Positions 21,886 through 32,822 of a stretch of DNA of 64,000 bases are shown in pieces. Position 1 is the first letter of the stretch; each line of letters starts with the position of its first letter. The notes under the pieces are model-generated. The model searched no databases. It saw only the letters and a list, made by a program, of their open reading frames with translations, and was not told where the DNA came from. This DNA comes from an uncultured candidate division Zixibacteria bacterium. GTDB taxonomy: Bacteria > Zixibacteria > MSB-5A5 > UBA10806. The position numbers and the translations under genes were made by a program. The stretch covers positions 160,001 to 224,000 of the forward strand of contig CAWFQL010000006.1 in NCBI GenBank assembly GCA_963817915.1. Reading direction: 5' to 3'.

Positions 21886-23127
21886 TCAAATTTCGGGATT
21901 TTGAATAACTACGCTGACATTATGGCCGCCAAAACCGAATGAATTGGAAATGGCATTCCTGATTTTCGCCGGACGGGCTACATTGGGAACATAGTCGAGA
22001 TCGCATTGCGGGTCGGGGGTTTCGAGATTGATAGTAGGATGAAGCATACCATTATTCATTTGCAGAACTGTGGCAGCTATCTCGGCCGCGCCCGTGGCTC
22101 CGAGCAAATGTCCAATCATTGACTTGGTGGAATTAATCGGAATCTTATAAGCCCTTTCGCCAAAAATCGTTTTGATGGCTACGGTCTCTGAGATATCACC
22201 AAGCTCCGTCGCAGTACCATGAGCATTGATATAATCGATATCGTTTGGCGTCAATCCGGCGTCGGCGATAGCGATCTTCATACTTCGCGCCGCTCCGTCG
22301 CCGTTTGGTGTGGGGGCAGTAATATGATAAGCATCGGCTGACATGCCCATGCCGGTAACCATGGCATAGATTTTCGCACCGCGGGCCTTGGCGTGCTGTA
22401 ATTCTTCGAGAATCAGAATGGCGGCGCCCTCGCCCATCACAAAACCATCTCGATCTTTATCGAAGGGTCGAGAAGCTCTCTTAGGCTCGTTGTTACGGGT
22501 TGAAAGCGCCCTGGCCGCGCAAAATCCGGCAAATGCCGTCAGGGTCACACTGGCTTCGACACCACCTGATACTATGATATCCGCCGAACCTCTCTGGATA
22601 AGGCAGAAAGAGTCTGCAATCGCGTGACTTGACGACGCGCAAGCTGATACGGTGGCAAAATTAGGGCCTTTGAGCCCAAAATGGATACTGACCATACCGG
22701 CGGCCATATCGGCGATCATCATAGGGACAAAGAATGGCGAGACTCGCGAGGGACCGTCTTTGATAATTACGGTCTGCTGCTTTTCAAATGTCTCCATGCC
22801 ACCAACACCAGAGCCGATTACAACACCAGCTCTTTCTCTATCGATAGAATCCAGGTTTATCCCTGAATCCTTCAACGCCTTGCCCGCGCCGACAATCGCG
22901 TACTGCTGGGACAGGTCCATCCGACGCACCTGTTTTTTCTCGATGTATTCGAGCGGATCGAATCCCTTAATTTCGGCCGCTATCTGAGTCGGCAACATCG
23001 AACTATCGAATTTGGTAATTTTATCGACGCCCGATTTGCCGGATTTAAGATTTGACCAAAATTCTTCTATTGTATGCCCGATAGGAGTTACCAACCCCAT
23101 ACCGGTTATCGCAACCTGGCGATTCAA
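21886..23127 (-). CDS. fabF: 3-oxoacyl-ACP synthase II
   Basis: SACASS, NAHGTAT, KSMIGHLLGA, SNSFGFGGHN. Confidence 0.96.
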   Translation of the reverse strand: MNRQVAITGMGLVTPIGHTIEEFWSNLKSGKSGVDKITKFDSSMLPTQIAAEIKGFDPLEYIEKKQVRRMDLSQQYAIVGAGKALKDSGINLDSIDRERAGVVIGSGVGGMETFEKQQTVIIKDGPSRVSPFFVPMMIADMAAGMVSIHFGLKGPNFATVSACASSSHAIADSFCLIQRGSADIIVSGGVEASVTLTAFAGFCAARALSTRNNEPKRASRPFDKDRDGFVMGEGAAILILEELQHAKARGAKIYAMVTGMGMSADAYHITAPTPNGDGAARSMKIAIADAGLTPNDIDYINAHGTATELGDISETVAIKTIFGERAYKIPINSTKSMIGHLLGATGAAEIAATVLQMNNGMLHPTINLETPDPQCDLDYVPNVARPAKIRNAISNSFGFGGHNVSVVIQNPEI

Positions 23128-23136
23128 TCGTTGACC

Positions 23137-23382
23137 TTATCCCTTATTTTCTACGTGTTTGTTGATATAATCAATCGCTTCTTTCACGGTGGTAATCTTC
23201 GAGGCCTCTTCTTCGGGAATCGTGCAATCGAATTCCTCTTCGAGCGCCAGGATGAGTTCCACTTGATCCAATGAATCGGCATCGAGATCGTCTACAAATG
23301 ATGCTTCCGGTACCACTTTCTCTGAATCCACCCCTAAATTCTCTGCGATGATCTCTTTTACTCTTTCTTCAATTGATGCCAT
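23137..23382 (-). CDS. acpP: Acyl carrier protein
   Basis: [12 protein letters not shown] phosphopantetheine motif. Confidence 0.96.
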   Translation of the reverse strand: MASIEERVKEIIAENLGVDSEKVVPEASFVDDLDADSLDQVELILALEEEFDCTIPEEEASKITTVKEAIDYINKHVENKG

Positions 23383-23439
23383 AGGTCCTCCTTTAGGATT
23401 AAATTATAAATTTAACTAATAATATTCATTTCCGCAATA

Positions 23440-24186
23440 CTACATTACCATGCCGCCGTCACAATGAATCACCTGTCCCGTAATATATTCAGCATTATCA
23501 GAGGCAAGGAACGATACCACTCTGGCAACATCGAGCGGAGTCCCGGCCCGCTTCAACGGTATCACAGTCAGGAATCCTTCCTTCGCCGCTTCCGGCAATT
23601 TTTCGGTCATCTCGGTCTGAATATATCCGGGAGCGACGGCATTTACAGTTATATTTCGTCCGGCAAGCTCCTTGGCTGCCGATTTTGTAAGTCCGATCAA
23701 ACCTGCTTTTGAGGCCGAATAATTGGCCTGACCGGCATTCCCCATCACTCCTACCACCGACGAGATATTAATAATACGTCCCCAGCGATTTTTCATCATA
23801 ATTTTAGAGGCCGATTTCGTACAGAGAAATGCCCCTTTCAAGTTGATATTAAGGACAAAATCCCAGTCTTTTTCTTCCATACGGAGCATGAAATTGTCAC
23901 GAGTAACTCCGGCGTTATTGACAAGGATATCAACTTTTCCAAATTTATTCACAGCTTCTTCAAACATCCGTTCCACATCCTGCGGCTTGGAGACATCGCC
24001 CGAAACGGCCATGGCCTTTATTCCTTTTTTGGCAAGCATATCAGCCGCTTCCTGCGCCTTATCCGCGAGAATATCAGATATAATAATGGAATATCCGCTT
24101 AATGATAATTCCTCGGCAATCGCAAAACCGATTCCTCTCGCCGATCCCGAAATAAACGCTACTCTGGAAGTATTATTTTCGCTCAT
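23440..24186 (-). CDS. fabG: 3-oxoacyl-ACP reductase
   Basis: GSARGIG, NNAG, NYSASKAG; operon context. Confidence 0.95.
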   Translation of the reverse strand: MSENNTSRVAFISGSARGIGFAIAEELSLSGYSIIISDILADKAQEAADMLAKKGIKAMAVSGDVSKPQDVERMFEEAVNKFGKVDILVNNAGVTRDNFMLRMEEKDWDFVLNINLKGAFLCTKSASKIMMKNRWGRIINISSVVGVMGNAGQANYSASKAGLIGLTKSAAKELAGRNITVNAVAPGYIQTEMTEKLPEAAKEGFLTVIPLKRAGTPLDVARVVSFLASDNAEYITGQVIHCDGGMVM

Positions 24187-25124
24187 TTCTCCCTCGGGAA
24201 TTGCTCGATAAATTTATCGAGATCGTCCAATGTATCGACTCCGAATATTTCAACTTCCGGGTCATCAAATGATCGTTTCGCCAACCCCTGCAATACCTTG
24301 CCCGGTCCGACTTCAACAAATCGCCTGATTCCATCGCGATACATATTTTGGATGGTCGGATACCAAAGGACGGGACTGCTTATCTGACTTGACAGCAATG
24401 GCCTGTAGGATTCGATATCGCTTAACGGCTCGGCATTGACATTGGCATAAACCGGATATGCAAAGTTATCGAATTGCATATCGGATATGACTTCCTTCAT
24501 TAAGTTGGATGAATATTCCATTAATGGCGAATGATACGCTCCGCTAACCTGAAGCAAGATTGCTCTTTTGGCGCCGGCGGCTTTGAGTTTTTCGCAGGCA
24601 GCTTCGACCGCATTCTTTTCGCCCGCGATTACAATTTGATCTTTGCCATTATAGTTTGCGGTAACTACAATCCCCTCGACGCCATCGATGCCATTTTTGA
24701 CTTCATCGAAAGTCAATCCCATCACGGCCGCCATCGTTCCCGGAGTCCTATCGCAATCCTCCTGCATGGCCGCACTTCGTCTGGCTATCGCTTTTAATGC
24801 CTCCTCGAAAGTCAACGCTCCCGCGGAAACCAGAGCCGAATATTCACCCAGCGAATGACCGGCGGCGGCCGAGGCTACAATATAATTCTCTTTTAGAAGC
24901 ATATCGACCGCGCAGGAATGAACGAATACCGCGGGCTGCGTATAGATGGTTTGTTTAAGCTTGTCTTCAGGACCCTCGTAGCAGACTTCATCGAGTTCAT
25001 ATCCAAGAATATTCGAAGCGATTTCAAACATCTCATCGACTGAGAAAAATTCATCTGCTATATCTTTGGCCATACCGACATATTGCGAGGCCTGGCCCGG
25101 GAAGAGAAATGCTATCTTTTTCAT
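24183..25124 (-). CDS. fabD: Malonyl-CoA-ACP transacylase
   Basis: FPGQASQ, GHSLGEY, SGAYHS; start moved to the ATG at 25124 just after the fabH stop. Confidence 0.95.
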   Translation of the reverse strand: MKKIAFLFPGQASQYVGMAKDIADEFFSVDEMFEIASNILGYELDEVCYEGPEDKLKQTIYTQPAVFVHSCAVDMLLKENYIVASAAAGHSLGEYSALVSAGALTFEEALKAIARRSAAMQEDCDRTPGTMAAVMGLTFDEVKNGIDGVEGIVVTANYNGKDQIVIAGEKNAVEAACEKLKAAGAKRAILLQVSGAYHSPLMEYSSNLMKEVISDMQFDNFAYPVYANVNAEPLSDIESYRPLLSSQISSPVLWYPTIQNMYRDGIRRFVEVGPGKVLQGLAKRSFDDPEVEIFGVDTLDDLDKFIEQFPREK

Positions 25125-25125
25125 T

Positions 25126-26109
25126 TTACCACTCAATTAGTGCTGACCCCCATGTAAATCCCGCGCCGAATGCCACCAGGATAATCTTATCGTTTTGTTT
25201 TACGCGACCTTCCCTGACGGCTTCATCAAGGGCGATTGGAATAGATGCCGCGGAAGTGTTGCCATACTTGTGAATATTAATAAAAACCCGATCCATCGGG
25301 AGTTTGATTCTTTTTGCTGTGGCCTCGATAATTCTGATATTGGCCTGATGAGGAATCATTAGGCTGATATCATCTGATGTGGTATGTGAGTTTTCCAAAA
25401 TTCTCGTTGCCGCTTCTCCCATGGCCTTGACTGCAGACTTGAAAACTTCGGGGCCTTCCATTTTGATATATCGTTTGCCGTTATTGACATTTTCCATTGA
25501 GATCGGGAGTCTTCCCGCTCCAGCCGGGACTTCCAAAAGATGACTCAAAGAGCCATCGCTTTTGAGATATGTTTCAAGGATTCCGCCGGGTATATCGGAT
25601 GCGGACACTACCGCGGCTCCTGAACCATCGCCGAAGAGAACGCAGGTATTGCGATCCTTCCAATTTACAAGGCGAGATAATGTTTCTACCCCGACGACAA
25701 GAACATTTTTCATCTGGCCTATTAGGATGAAGGCCCGGGCGATGGATAGCCCATAAATGAATCCTGAACACGCGGCCGCGAGATCCATTACCGCGGCGTT
25801 GGATGCGCCGAGCCTCGGCTGAAGTATACAGGCGGTGGAAGGTAAGGGCGCGTCCGGAGTTACAGTCGCGACAATAATCAAATCGAGTTTTTCGGCAGAA
25901 ATACCTGCCATCTCAAGCGCTTTCTGCGAAGCAGCTAAGGCGAGATCGGATGAGGCGATATGTGATGGCGCGATGCGCCGTTCTTTAACGCCCGATCTTG
26001 TTGTAATCCATTCGTCGCTGGTTTCGACCATTTTTTCCAAATCGGCATTAGTCAAAACCTGATCCGGCACCGAAGAGCCGGTCCCAATTATTCTGGCATA
26101 TTTTTTCAT
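25126..26109 (-). CDS. fabH: 3-oxoacyl-ACP synthase III
   Basis: AACSGF, PHQANIRI, YGNTSAAS. Confidence 0.96.
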   Translation of the reverse strand: MKKYARIIGTGSSVPDQVLTNADLEKMVETSDEWITTRSGVKERRIAPSHIASSDLALAASQKALEMAGISAEKLDLIIVATVTPDAPLPSTACILQPRLGASNAAVMDLAAACSGFIYGLSIARAFILIGQMKNVLVVGVETLSRLVNWKDRNTCVLFGDGSGAAVVSASDIPGGILETYLKSDGSLSHLLEVPAGAGRLPISMENVNNGKRYIKMEGPEVFKSAVKAMGEAATRILENSHTTSDDISLMIPHQANIRIIEATAKRIKLPMDRVFINIHKYGNTSAASIPIALDEAVREGRVKQNDKIILVAFGAGFTWGSALIEW

Positions 26110-26113
26110 ATTA

Positions 26114-27163
26114 TTAAGGCTTGATTTTGACCTCGGAAGGCGTGAAAGAGCCGTTGGCAGCCAGGCGAGTTTCGATCAGGGAATTGATCTTTTTTTCAAC
26201 CATCAGTTTAGTCATTCCAACGGCGTTCATGATTGCTTTTGGTGATGAATTGCCATGGCAGATGATGGAAACACCATTAATGCCAAGCAACGGAGCTCCG
26301 CCGTATTCAGCGGCATCGAGATTCTTTTTTAGATTTTTGAATGCCGGTTTCAGCAAGAGGGCTCCAATTTTGGCGAGAAGATTGACGCGCACCTGCCGTC
26401 TGACAATCTCGCCCAGAAAACTATCAATTGATTCCGCGAATTTGAGGATAATATTGCCGACAAAACCATCGCAGACCACCACATCAGCCTTCCCCTTGAG
26501 AATATCTCTCCCTTCAATATTTCCGGTAAAATTAAAGTCGGCAGCCGAAAGAAGTTTATGTGAGGCAACCGTGAGTTCATTGCCTTTCGATTTTTCTTCA
26601 CCGATCGAGAGCAACCCGACCTTGGGATTTTCATTGGAGAAAATATGCGAGTAATAGATTGCCCCCATGAGAGCGAATTGATAAAGATTCAGTGCTTTGC
26701 AATCGGAATTGGCGCCGACATCGAGAACCAGGGCGTGGCCTTTTTCGGTCGGGAAAAAGGCTCCGATAGCCGGACGACTGACCGACTTCAACCGCCCCAA
26801 AATAAGGAGCGACGCGGCCATGACTGCGCCAGTATTGCCGGCGGAAACAAAGGCGTCGGCCTGCCCGTTTTTCTGAAGAGTTAGGCTGACAGCGATCGAT
26901 GAATCCGGCTTCTTTCGAATCGATTCAGCAGGCTCGTCACCCATTTCGATAACTTCGCTGCTATGCTTAATGCGAATCGGCAAATTCTCGGCATTGAGAT
27001 TTTTGAGCTCAGCCTTGATTTTATCGGAATCGCCAACCAATACCAGTTCGACCTCATTTCCATAGGCCTTGTGGGCAAGTACGGCCCCGGCCACTATAGA
27101 AAATGGAGCGTAGTCGCCACCCATGGCATCGATAGCGACAATGGTTTTTTTCTTATCAGACAT
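26114..27163 (-). CDS. plsX: Phosphate acyltransferase PlsX
   Basis: IDAMGGD, SAGNTGA, YGGAPLLG. Confidence 0.96.
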   Translation of the reverse strand: MSDKKKTIVAIDAMGGDYAPFSIVAGAVLAHKAYGNEVELVLVGDSDKIKAELKNLNAENLPIRIKHSSEVIEMGDEPAESIRKKPDSSIAVSLTLQKNGQADAFVSAGNTGAVMAASLLILGRLKSVSRPAIGAFFPTEKGHALVLDVGANSDCKALNLYQFALMGAIYYSHIFSNENPKVGLLSIGEEKSKGNELTVASHKLLSAADFNFTGNIEGRDILKGKADVVVCDGFVGNIILKFAESIDSFLGEIVRRQVRVNLLAKIGALLLKPAFKNLKKNLDAAEYGGAPLLGINGVSIICHGNSSPKAIMNAVGMTKLMVEKKINSLIETRLAANGSFTPSEVKIKP

Positions 27164-27348
27164 TATTTCTTTTCAGTAATTGCGACTACTTCGCGGCCTC
27201 TATACCATCCGCAATGCGGGCAGATTTGATGAGGAAGTTTCGGTTCGTGGCAATGCGAGCATGTGACAACGTTAGGTTTTTCGAGTTTCCAGTTGGTGCG
27301 CCGTTTTGCACCCCTGGTTTTCGAATGACGTCTTTTTGGTAGTGGCAT
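27163..27348 (-). CDS. rpmF: 50S ribosomal protein L32 (zinc-ribbon type)
   Basis: MPLPKRRHSK, CSHC and CPHCG. Confidence 0.96.
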   Translation of the reverse strand: MPLPKRRHSKTRGAKRRTNWKLEKPNVVTCSHCHEPKLPHQICPHCGWYRGREVVAITEKK

Positions 27349-27417
27349 AGTACTCCTTTATTAGTATTGGTCCAATTCAAATCATGGCCTATAAACCGTG
27401 ATTATACTTAAAAAACA

Positions 27418-27927
27418 TTATTCGTCAAAGAGTTGTTTCAGGGCGTCCCATCTTTCGTCGGTTTTGTCGGGTGTGCAATCGCATTCTCCCTCATTGAGAT
27501 TGACCCCGCACATCGGGCAAAGTCCCTGGCAATTTTCCGAACACAAGGGCTTCAGAGGCATTTCCAGTATTAAAGCTTCGCGCACTCTCTCGGAAATATC
27601 GTACTCACTAACCGTCTTGGGCAGGATAATGAAATCTTCATCATTGGAGTCCTGCGGGTCGACAGTTTCAAGCATTTGGATAACGAATCGCATTCTGGCG
27701 TTGATGGCTTCATCGAAAACTTCGAGGCATCGGGAGCATTCGAGTTCGACCATTGTGGATACTCTGCCGTCCACGATAATCTCGTCGCCGGATCTATTGA
27801 GTTGGAGCTGGCCTTCGATCGGTTCCGGAAATCCCGCGCCTTCGATATTCAATTCCAGGTCCTCGGCGGACGTCGAAAAGTCAATTTCATCGCCTTCGGG
27901 CTTTGATTGCCTCAAGTCTATTTTCAT
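27418..27927 (-). CDS. yceD: DUF177/YceD family protein
   Basis: ECSRCL, PLCSENCQGLCPMCG, DERWDALK; upstream of rpmF. Confidence 0.9.
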   Translation of the reverse strand: MKIDLRQSKPEGDEIDFSTSAEDLELNIEGAGFPEPIEGQLQLNRSGDEIIVDGRVSTMVELECSRCLEVFDEAINARMRFVIQMLETVDPQDSNDEDFIILPKTVSEYDISERVREALILEMPLKPLCSENCQGLCPMCGVNLNEGECDCTPDKTDERWDALKQLFDE

Positions 27928-28120
27928 AAGTTCAAAAATAAATAGTCAAGAGCCCAAAGTGTCAAGGCAATTTTAGCAAAAGAGACGACATCTGAATAGA
28001 TATTATTTGCTTTTTTGACGAATAAAATTTGCATTTTCCTGCAAATTCCAATAGAAATCACTGGAGATTCGGGATGGGGCGTAAGTAGCAACATTTGAAA
28101 GATATCGGCGTAATCAAAAT

Positions 28121-30415
28121 ATGAATTTAATTTCGGGAAAATTTAATAAACTAATTAAAATCTCGAGCGTTTTGATCCTGATAGGATTTTTCCAAAATAT
28201 TCTTGCCCAGGAATCATTTACGCCGAATATCAAGCCGTCGTTATCTGTTCCAAGAATTTCAGGCGAAATCAAAATTGACGGCGACTTGAATGATTCCGGC
28301 TGGGTCGGCGCGGCAGTGGCAATGAATTTCACAGAGAATTTCCCGGACAATAAAACCGAACCGCCGGTCAAAACAGAGGTTAGGCTCACATATAATGATA
28401 AATATCTTTATGTAGCATTTATTGCCAGCGACAAGCCGGAAGAGGTCAGGTCAAACCTTCATGATCGCGATGATATCTGGAACGATGATTATATCGGAAT
28501 TATTTTGGATACTTGGGGGGACGCGTCAACGGCTTACGAGTTATTTGTCAACCCGACAGGAATACAAGGCGATGGGTTACAAAATCTGCAGGGCGAGGAT
28601 ATCAGTTTCGATATCGTATACGAATCCAAGGGGAAAGTTGTTGATAACGGCTACCAGGTGGAATTGGCGATACCATTCAGCAGTCTCCGTTTCCCCGAAA
28701 AGCCCGAGCAGGAATGGAAGGCGACATTCTGGCGGACTCATCCGCGCGAAAGCCGAAGCACCTACACGTGGGCATATATAGATGATAATAATCCCTGCTG
28801 GATATGCGAATTCGGCACGCTGACCGGAATCAGGAATGTCAAACCTGGCGGCAGTGTAGAGATTTTGCCATCGATAGTAGGCTCTCAATCGGCGGAGCTT
28901 CGCGATGGCGGGAATCCTGATTCGGGGCTAAAATATAATAAAATCGGCAATAGCATTGGGGTCGGGGTTCGATATTTTTTATCATCGAGTATGACTGCCG
29001 AGGCCGCCTACAACCCAGATTTCAGCCAGGTCGAATCCGATCCGGCGCAGATCGATGTCAATACGACATTCGCGTTATTTTTCCCTGAGAAACGGCCATT
29101 CTTCCAGGAAGGAAGCGGTCTTTTTGATACCTGGCATAAAGTATTTTATACCAGATCGATCAATGACCCATTGGGGGCTATTCGTTTGACAGGCCGAATC
29201 AAGAAGACCGATATCGCTGTACTGACCGCTTATGACCGCCATTCGCCATTGATTCTTCCATTTCAAGAACAAAGCGAGGTTATTCCTTCGATTGGCAAGA
29301 GCTTTTCGAATATTATTCGAGTGAGGCAAAATATCTTGGAAAATTCTTATGTCGGGTTAATCGGGGTGACCCGGGCGAGAGAAAAAGGCGGATCGGGGAC
29401 GTCATTCGGAACGGATGGTTTTATTCGGTTTCTAACAAATTACCGTTTCAAATGGCAATTCCTTGGCAGCAATACTGTCGAGCCGAACGATACATTGGTC
29501 ACAAGAGGATTGAACAATATCCTATTTGACTCTGGCAAACATACGGCTGCATTCGATGGCGAATCTTACATGGGCGCCGCTTCATATGTGGGTGTCGACC
29601 GCAGCGCCAAACATTGGAATTTCAATCTCAGCTATGTGGAATTGAGCCCGACATTTCGCGCGGATAATGGTTTCGTGACTCAAAATGACCAGAGGATGGC
29701 GGAATTATATTCTGACTACACATTTTATCCGGAATCTAAATTCCTGAAACGAATTTCGCCAAGTGTTGAGATGGCGCGTGAATGGGACTACAGCGGCAAG
29801 AAGAAAGATGAATGGATTATACCCAATCTCTATCTTCTATTCACCGCGCAAACGAGCATCAATATTAACTATGTCTACACCAAGGAAATATTCCATCAAA
29901 TCGATTTCCCTAAAATGGAACGAGCATCATTCGAGATCAGCAGCGATTTCAGCGAGCCGTTGAAGGCGGGTTTCGATATCACATCGGGCTCATTCATTGC
30001 CAGATTCCTCGACCCTCCGGTCATGAGCAAGGGAACGGTTTCAGAAGCGTGGATGACGATTCAACCATTCACCATGCTGATAATCCAACCGGAATTCCAA
30101 TATGAAAAATTCAATAATAAGGACACAAACGGGCGCCTGTTCGAAGGATATGTTCTCAGAACAAAATTGAATATACAATTCTCTCGGGAGCTTCTGCTCA
30201 GAACAGTCGTGCAAATATATCGTTCTCATATATATACTGAGGGCATGGATGACAACAGCCTGGCGTTTGAACCATTGCTGACATACAAGATCAATCCATT
30301 CACAATCTTCTACATAGGTTCGGGCAATAATTTCTACGAATTTCCCGACAAGCCTGGACTGAGATCAACAAGCCGTCAATACTTCGCGAAATTCCAGTAT
30401 CTATTCAGAATATAG
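28121..30415 (+). CDS. CBM9-like/DUF5916 family outer-membrane protein
   Basis: IKIDGDLND N-domain, NPDFSQVESD, FFPEKRPFFQEG, C-terminal KFQYLFRI barrel signal. Confidence 0.8.
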   Translation: MNLISGKFNKLIKISSVLILIGFFQNILAQESFTPNIKPSLSVPRISGEIKIDGDLNDSGWVGAAVAMNFTENFPDNKTEPPVKTEVRLTYNDKYLYVAFIASDKPEEVRSNLHDRDDIWNDDYIGIILDTWGDASTAYELFVNPTGIQGDGLQNLQGEDISFDIVYESKGKVVDNGYQVELAIPFSSLRFPEKPEQEWKATFWRTHPRESRSTYTWAYIDDNNPCWICEFGTLTGIRNVKPGGSVEILPSIVGSQSAELRDGGNPDSGLKYNKIGNSIGVGVRYFLSSSMTAEAAYNPDFSQVESDPAQIDVNTTFALFFPEKRPFFQEGSGLFDTWHKVFYTRSINDPLGAIRLTGRIKKTDIAVLTAYDRHSPLILPFQEQSEVIPSIGKSFSNIIRVRQNILENSYVGLIGVTRAREKGGSGTSFGTDGFIRFLTNYRFKWQFLGSNTVEPNDTLVTRGLNNILFDSGKHTAAFDGESYMGAASYVGVDRSAKHWNFNLSYVELSPTFRADNGFVTQNDQRMAELYSDYTFYPESKFLKRISPSVEMAREWDYSGKKKDEWIIPNLYLLFTAQTSININYVYTKEIFHQIDFPKMERASFEISSDFSEPLKAGFDITSGSFIARFLDPPVMSKGTVSEAWMTIQPFTMLIIQPEFQYEKFNNKDTNGRLFEGYVLRTKLNIQFSRELLLRTVVQIYRSHIYTEGMDDNSLAFEPLLTYKINPFTIFYIGSGNNFYEFPDKPGLRSTSRQYFAKFQYLFRI

Positions 30416-30431
30416 AGCGGGCAACAATCTA

Positions 30432-30706
30432 AGGGGCAGTCGGGACGACTGCCGCCCGGCTTAAACGCGCATAAGGAAACTCGATAGATTCCGGCTCGGA
30501 GACCGGAATGACAAGCTGTTCTTTGTTGCTCGGCCCGGGTTCCGACTCTTCACTTCGTGAAGAGAGAAACCCATCAAACCAAAACCACTAAACTAATATT
30601 GGCAATATCACATTATTCGAAACCTATCGACTATAATTCCATAGGGTTTCTTGACTGGCGAGCAGCGCATTTTTCTGCCAGTCGCCGGTCATCGGAACCC
30701 GGGCCG
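30432..30706. repeat. Cluster of REP-like palindromes and a REPIN/MITE-like element
   Basis: Hairpins at ~30432-30457 and ~30487-30512; 15-bp perfect inverted repeat 30531-30545 / 30692-30706. Confidence 0.65.
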
Positions 30707-30780
30707 GCGAAGCGAAGTACAATCATATTGATTTTTTCCGATAATTACTTTATATACCATGCCTTAAGGAGGAAGCGATT

Positions 30781-32172
30781 TTGGATTACTTCAAACGAAC
30801 AAAAATATCCGCGATACTCAGTAACCCGAACAAGCCAGCAGATAATGTTATTGTCATGGGTTGGGTGCGAACAAGAAGAGATTCGGCGAACCTGACATTT
30901 CTCGAAGTCAATGACGGCAGCTGCCTGGCAAATCTTCAGATTATAATCGAAAATCCTGAACGATTCAAAGACCTACAGGAAATCAAACTCGGCGCATCGG
31001 TCCGAATGGTTGGGAAATTGGTGGCAGTCCCCGAACGGGAGCACAAGATCGAGCTTCATCCCAATGATTTGTCGATGCTTGGCGTTTGTCCTCCGGAATA
31101 TCCAATGCAGAAGAAACGGCACTCATTTGAGTATTTGCGTGAAATAGCCCATCTGCGGCCACGGACTAACACGTTCGGAGCGATCAATCGCCTCAGGAGC
31201 AAGATATCATACGCTATTCATAAATTTTTCCAGGAGCGGGGATTCTATTATATTCATGCCCCGATAATCACAGCTACAGATTGCGAAGGCGCCGGCGAAC
31301 AATTCTGGGTTACTACTCTCGATTTGGAAAATCTGCCGAAAATCGATGGCAAGGTTGATTACGATAAGGACTTTTTTGGGGCGAAGACATTTCTGACAGT
31401 ATCCGGCCAGCTCGAAGCTGAAATAATGGCCACAGCATTGGGCGATGTTTACACATTCGGGCCGACATTCAGAGCGGAAAATTCCAATACAACCAGACAT
31501 CTTTCGGAATTTTGGATGATTGAGCCGGAGATGTCATTCTGCGATCTTAATGAAGATATGCAATTGGCCGGGGAATTCCTGATGTATCTTTTTGATTACG
31601 CCTTAACCGAATGCCGCGATGAAATGGAATTCTTTAATAAATGGATCGAGCATGATCGAATTAAAACCTTGGAGACTATAGTTAAATCCAAATTCGAAAT
31701 AATAACTTACACTGAGGCTATTAATATCTTAAAGAAATCCGGTAAAAATTTCGAATTCCCGGTCGAATGGGGTTCCGACCTGCAGGCAGAACATGAAAAA
31801 TATCTATGTGATGAACATATCAAGGGGCCAGTGATTGTAAGAGATTATCCACGTCAAATCAAAGCATTCTATATGCGTCTCAATGACGACGAAAAAACAG
31901 TAGCGGCCATGGATGTGCTAGTACCGCAAATCGGCGAAATTATCGGAGGAAGTCAGAGAGAAGAACGATACGACCGTTTGATGGATCAGATAAAGTATTT
32001 CAAGATTTCCGATGAAAATATCGGATGGTATCTTGATTTACGCAGATATGGCACTATCCCTCACGCCGGTTTCGGACTTGGCTTTACAAGGTCATTGATG
32101 TATATGTCCGGCATGGCAAATATCCGAGATGCAATACCATTCCCAAGGACGCCACGAAATGTCAAATTCTAA
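30781..32172 (+). CDS. asnS: Asparagine--tRNA ligase
   Basis: GWVRTRR, LTVSGQL, FRAENSNTTRHL, PHAGFGLG; AGGAGG RBS before the TTG start. Confidence 0.96.
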   Translation: MDYFKRTKISAILSNPNKPADNVIVMGWVRTRRDSANLTFLEVNDGSCLANLQIIIENPERFKDLQEIKLGASVRMVGKLVAVPEREHKIELHPNDLSMLGVCPPEYPMQKKRHSFEYLREIAHLRPRTNTFGAINRLRSKISYAIHKFFQERGFYYIHAPIITATDCEGAGEQFWVTTLDLENLPKIDGKVDYDKDFFGAKTFLTVSGQLEAEIMATALGDVYTFGPTFRAENSNTTRHLSEFWMIEPEMSFCDLNEDMQLAGEFLMYLFDYALTECRDEMEFFNKWIEHDRIKTLETIVKSKFEIITYTEAINILKKSGKNFEFPVEWGSDLQAEHEKYLCDEHIKGPVIVRDYPRQIKAFYMRLNDDEKTVAAMDVLVPQIGEIIGGSQREERYDRLMDQIKYFKISDENIGWYLDLRRYGTIPHAGFGLGFTRSLMYMSGMANIRDAIPFPRTPRNVKF

Positions 32173-32758
32173 ACGATATTCGATATTTGTAATTTTATTG
32201 ATAGCTGTGGCTCTATCCAATTCTGCCATGGCATTCGATGGAAAACATAAGGGCTTCATAATTGGCGCGGCAATCGGACCCAGCCTGACAATGTTTTCTC
32301 AAACCGCATCCGGCGGCGAGAGTGTCGGCAGCGGATGGAAATTGAAGCCGTCATTCGCGACAGATATCAAGATTGGATCATTCAGAAATGAGCAAATGCA
32401 ATTCTTCTATAATTTCAATATTAATTTATTCAGCATGACAAACGCATTTCAGGAAAAGGTCACAATCGCTTCGGGCGGCCAATATCTCGGAGTTGCCTAT
32501 TATTTAAAACCGATGATCCCAACGTACTATGTTATAGGCGGAATTGGCTTGTCTTATTGGGCGGCGCCATTTGCGAATGAGGTCCCGCCAACCTGGCAGG
32601 GATTCGGATTATTTGGCGGCGCCGGTTATGAATTTAAAAAACATTATTTGCTTGAGGCTGATCTATCTTACGGCCATCCTTCGAAATCACAGCTTGGCAC
32701 CAAGATCAGCGCGAATGTTCTAACATTAAAAATTTCATTTAATATTCTCGCATACTAA
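32159..32758 (+). CDS. Small outer-membrane beta-barrel protein
   Basis: Signal peptide from ATG 32159, amphipathic Gly/aromatic strands, terminal Tyr. Confidence 0.65.
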   Translation: MSNSKRYSIFVILLIAVALSNSAMAFDGKHKGFIIGAAIGPSLTMFSQTASGGESVGSGWKLKPSFATDIKIGSFRNEQMQFFYNFNINLFSMTNAFQEKVTIASGGQYLGVAYYLKPMIPTYYVIGGIGLSYWAAPFANEVPPTWQGFGLFGGAGYEFKKHYLLEADLSYGHPSKSQLGTKISANVLTLKISFNILAY

Positions 32759-32772
32759 TCAGCACAAAATAA

Positions 32773-32800
32773 AAAGGGGCGTTTGCGATACGCCCCTACA
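32773..32800. repeat. GTAG-type REP palindrome between convergent genes (likely also a terminator)
   Basis: GGGGCGTTTGCGATACGCCCCTAC; near-copy at 36421-36444. Confidence 0.7.
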
Positions 32801-32822
32801 AAATTCTATATATTGATAATTG

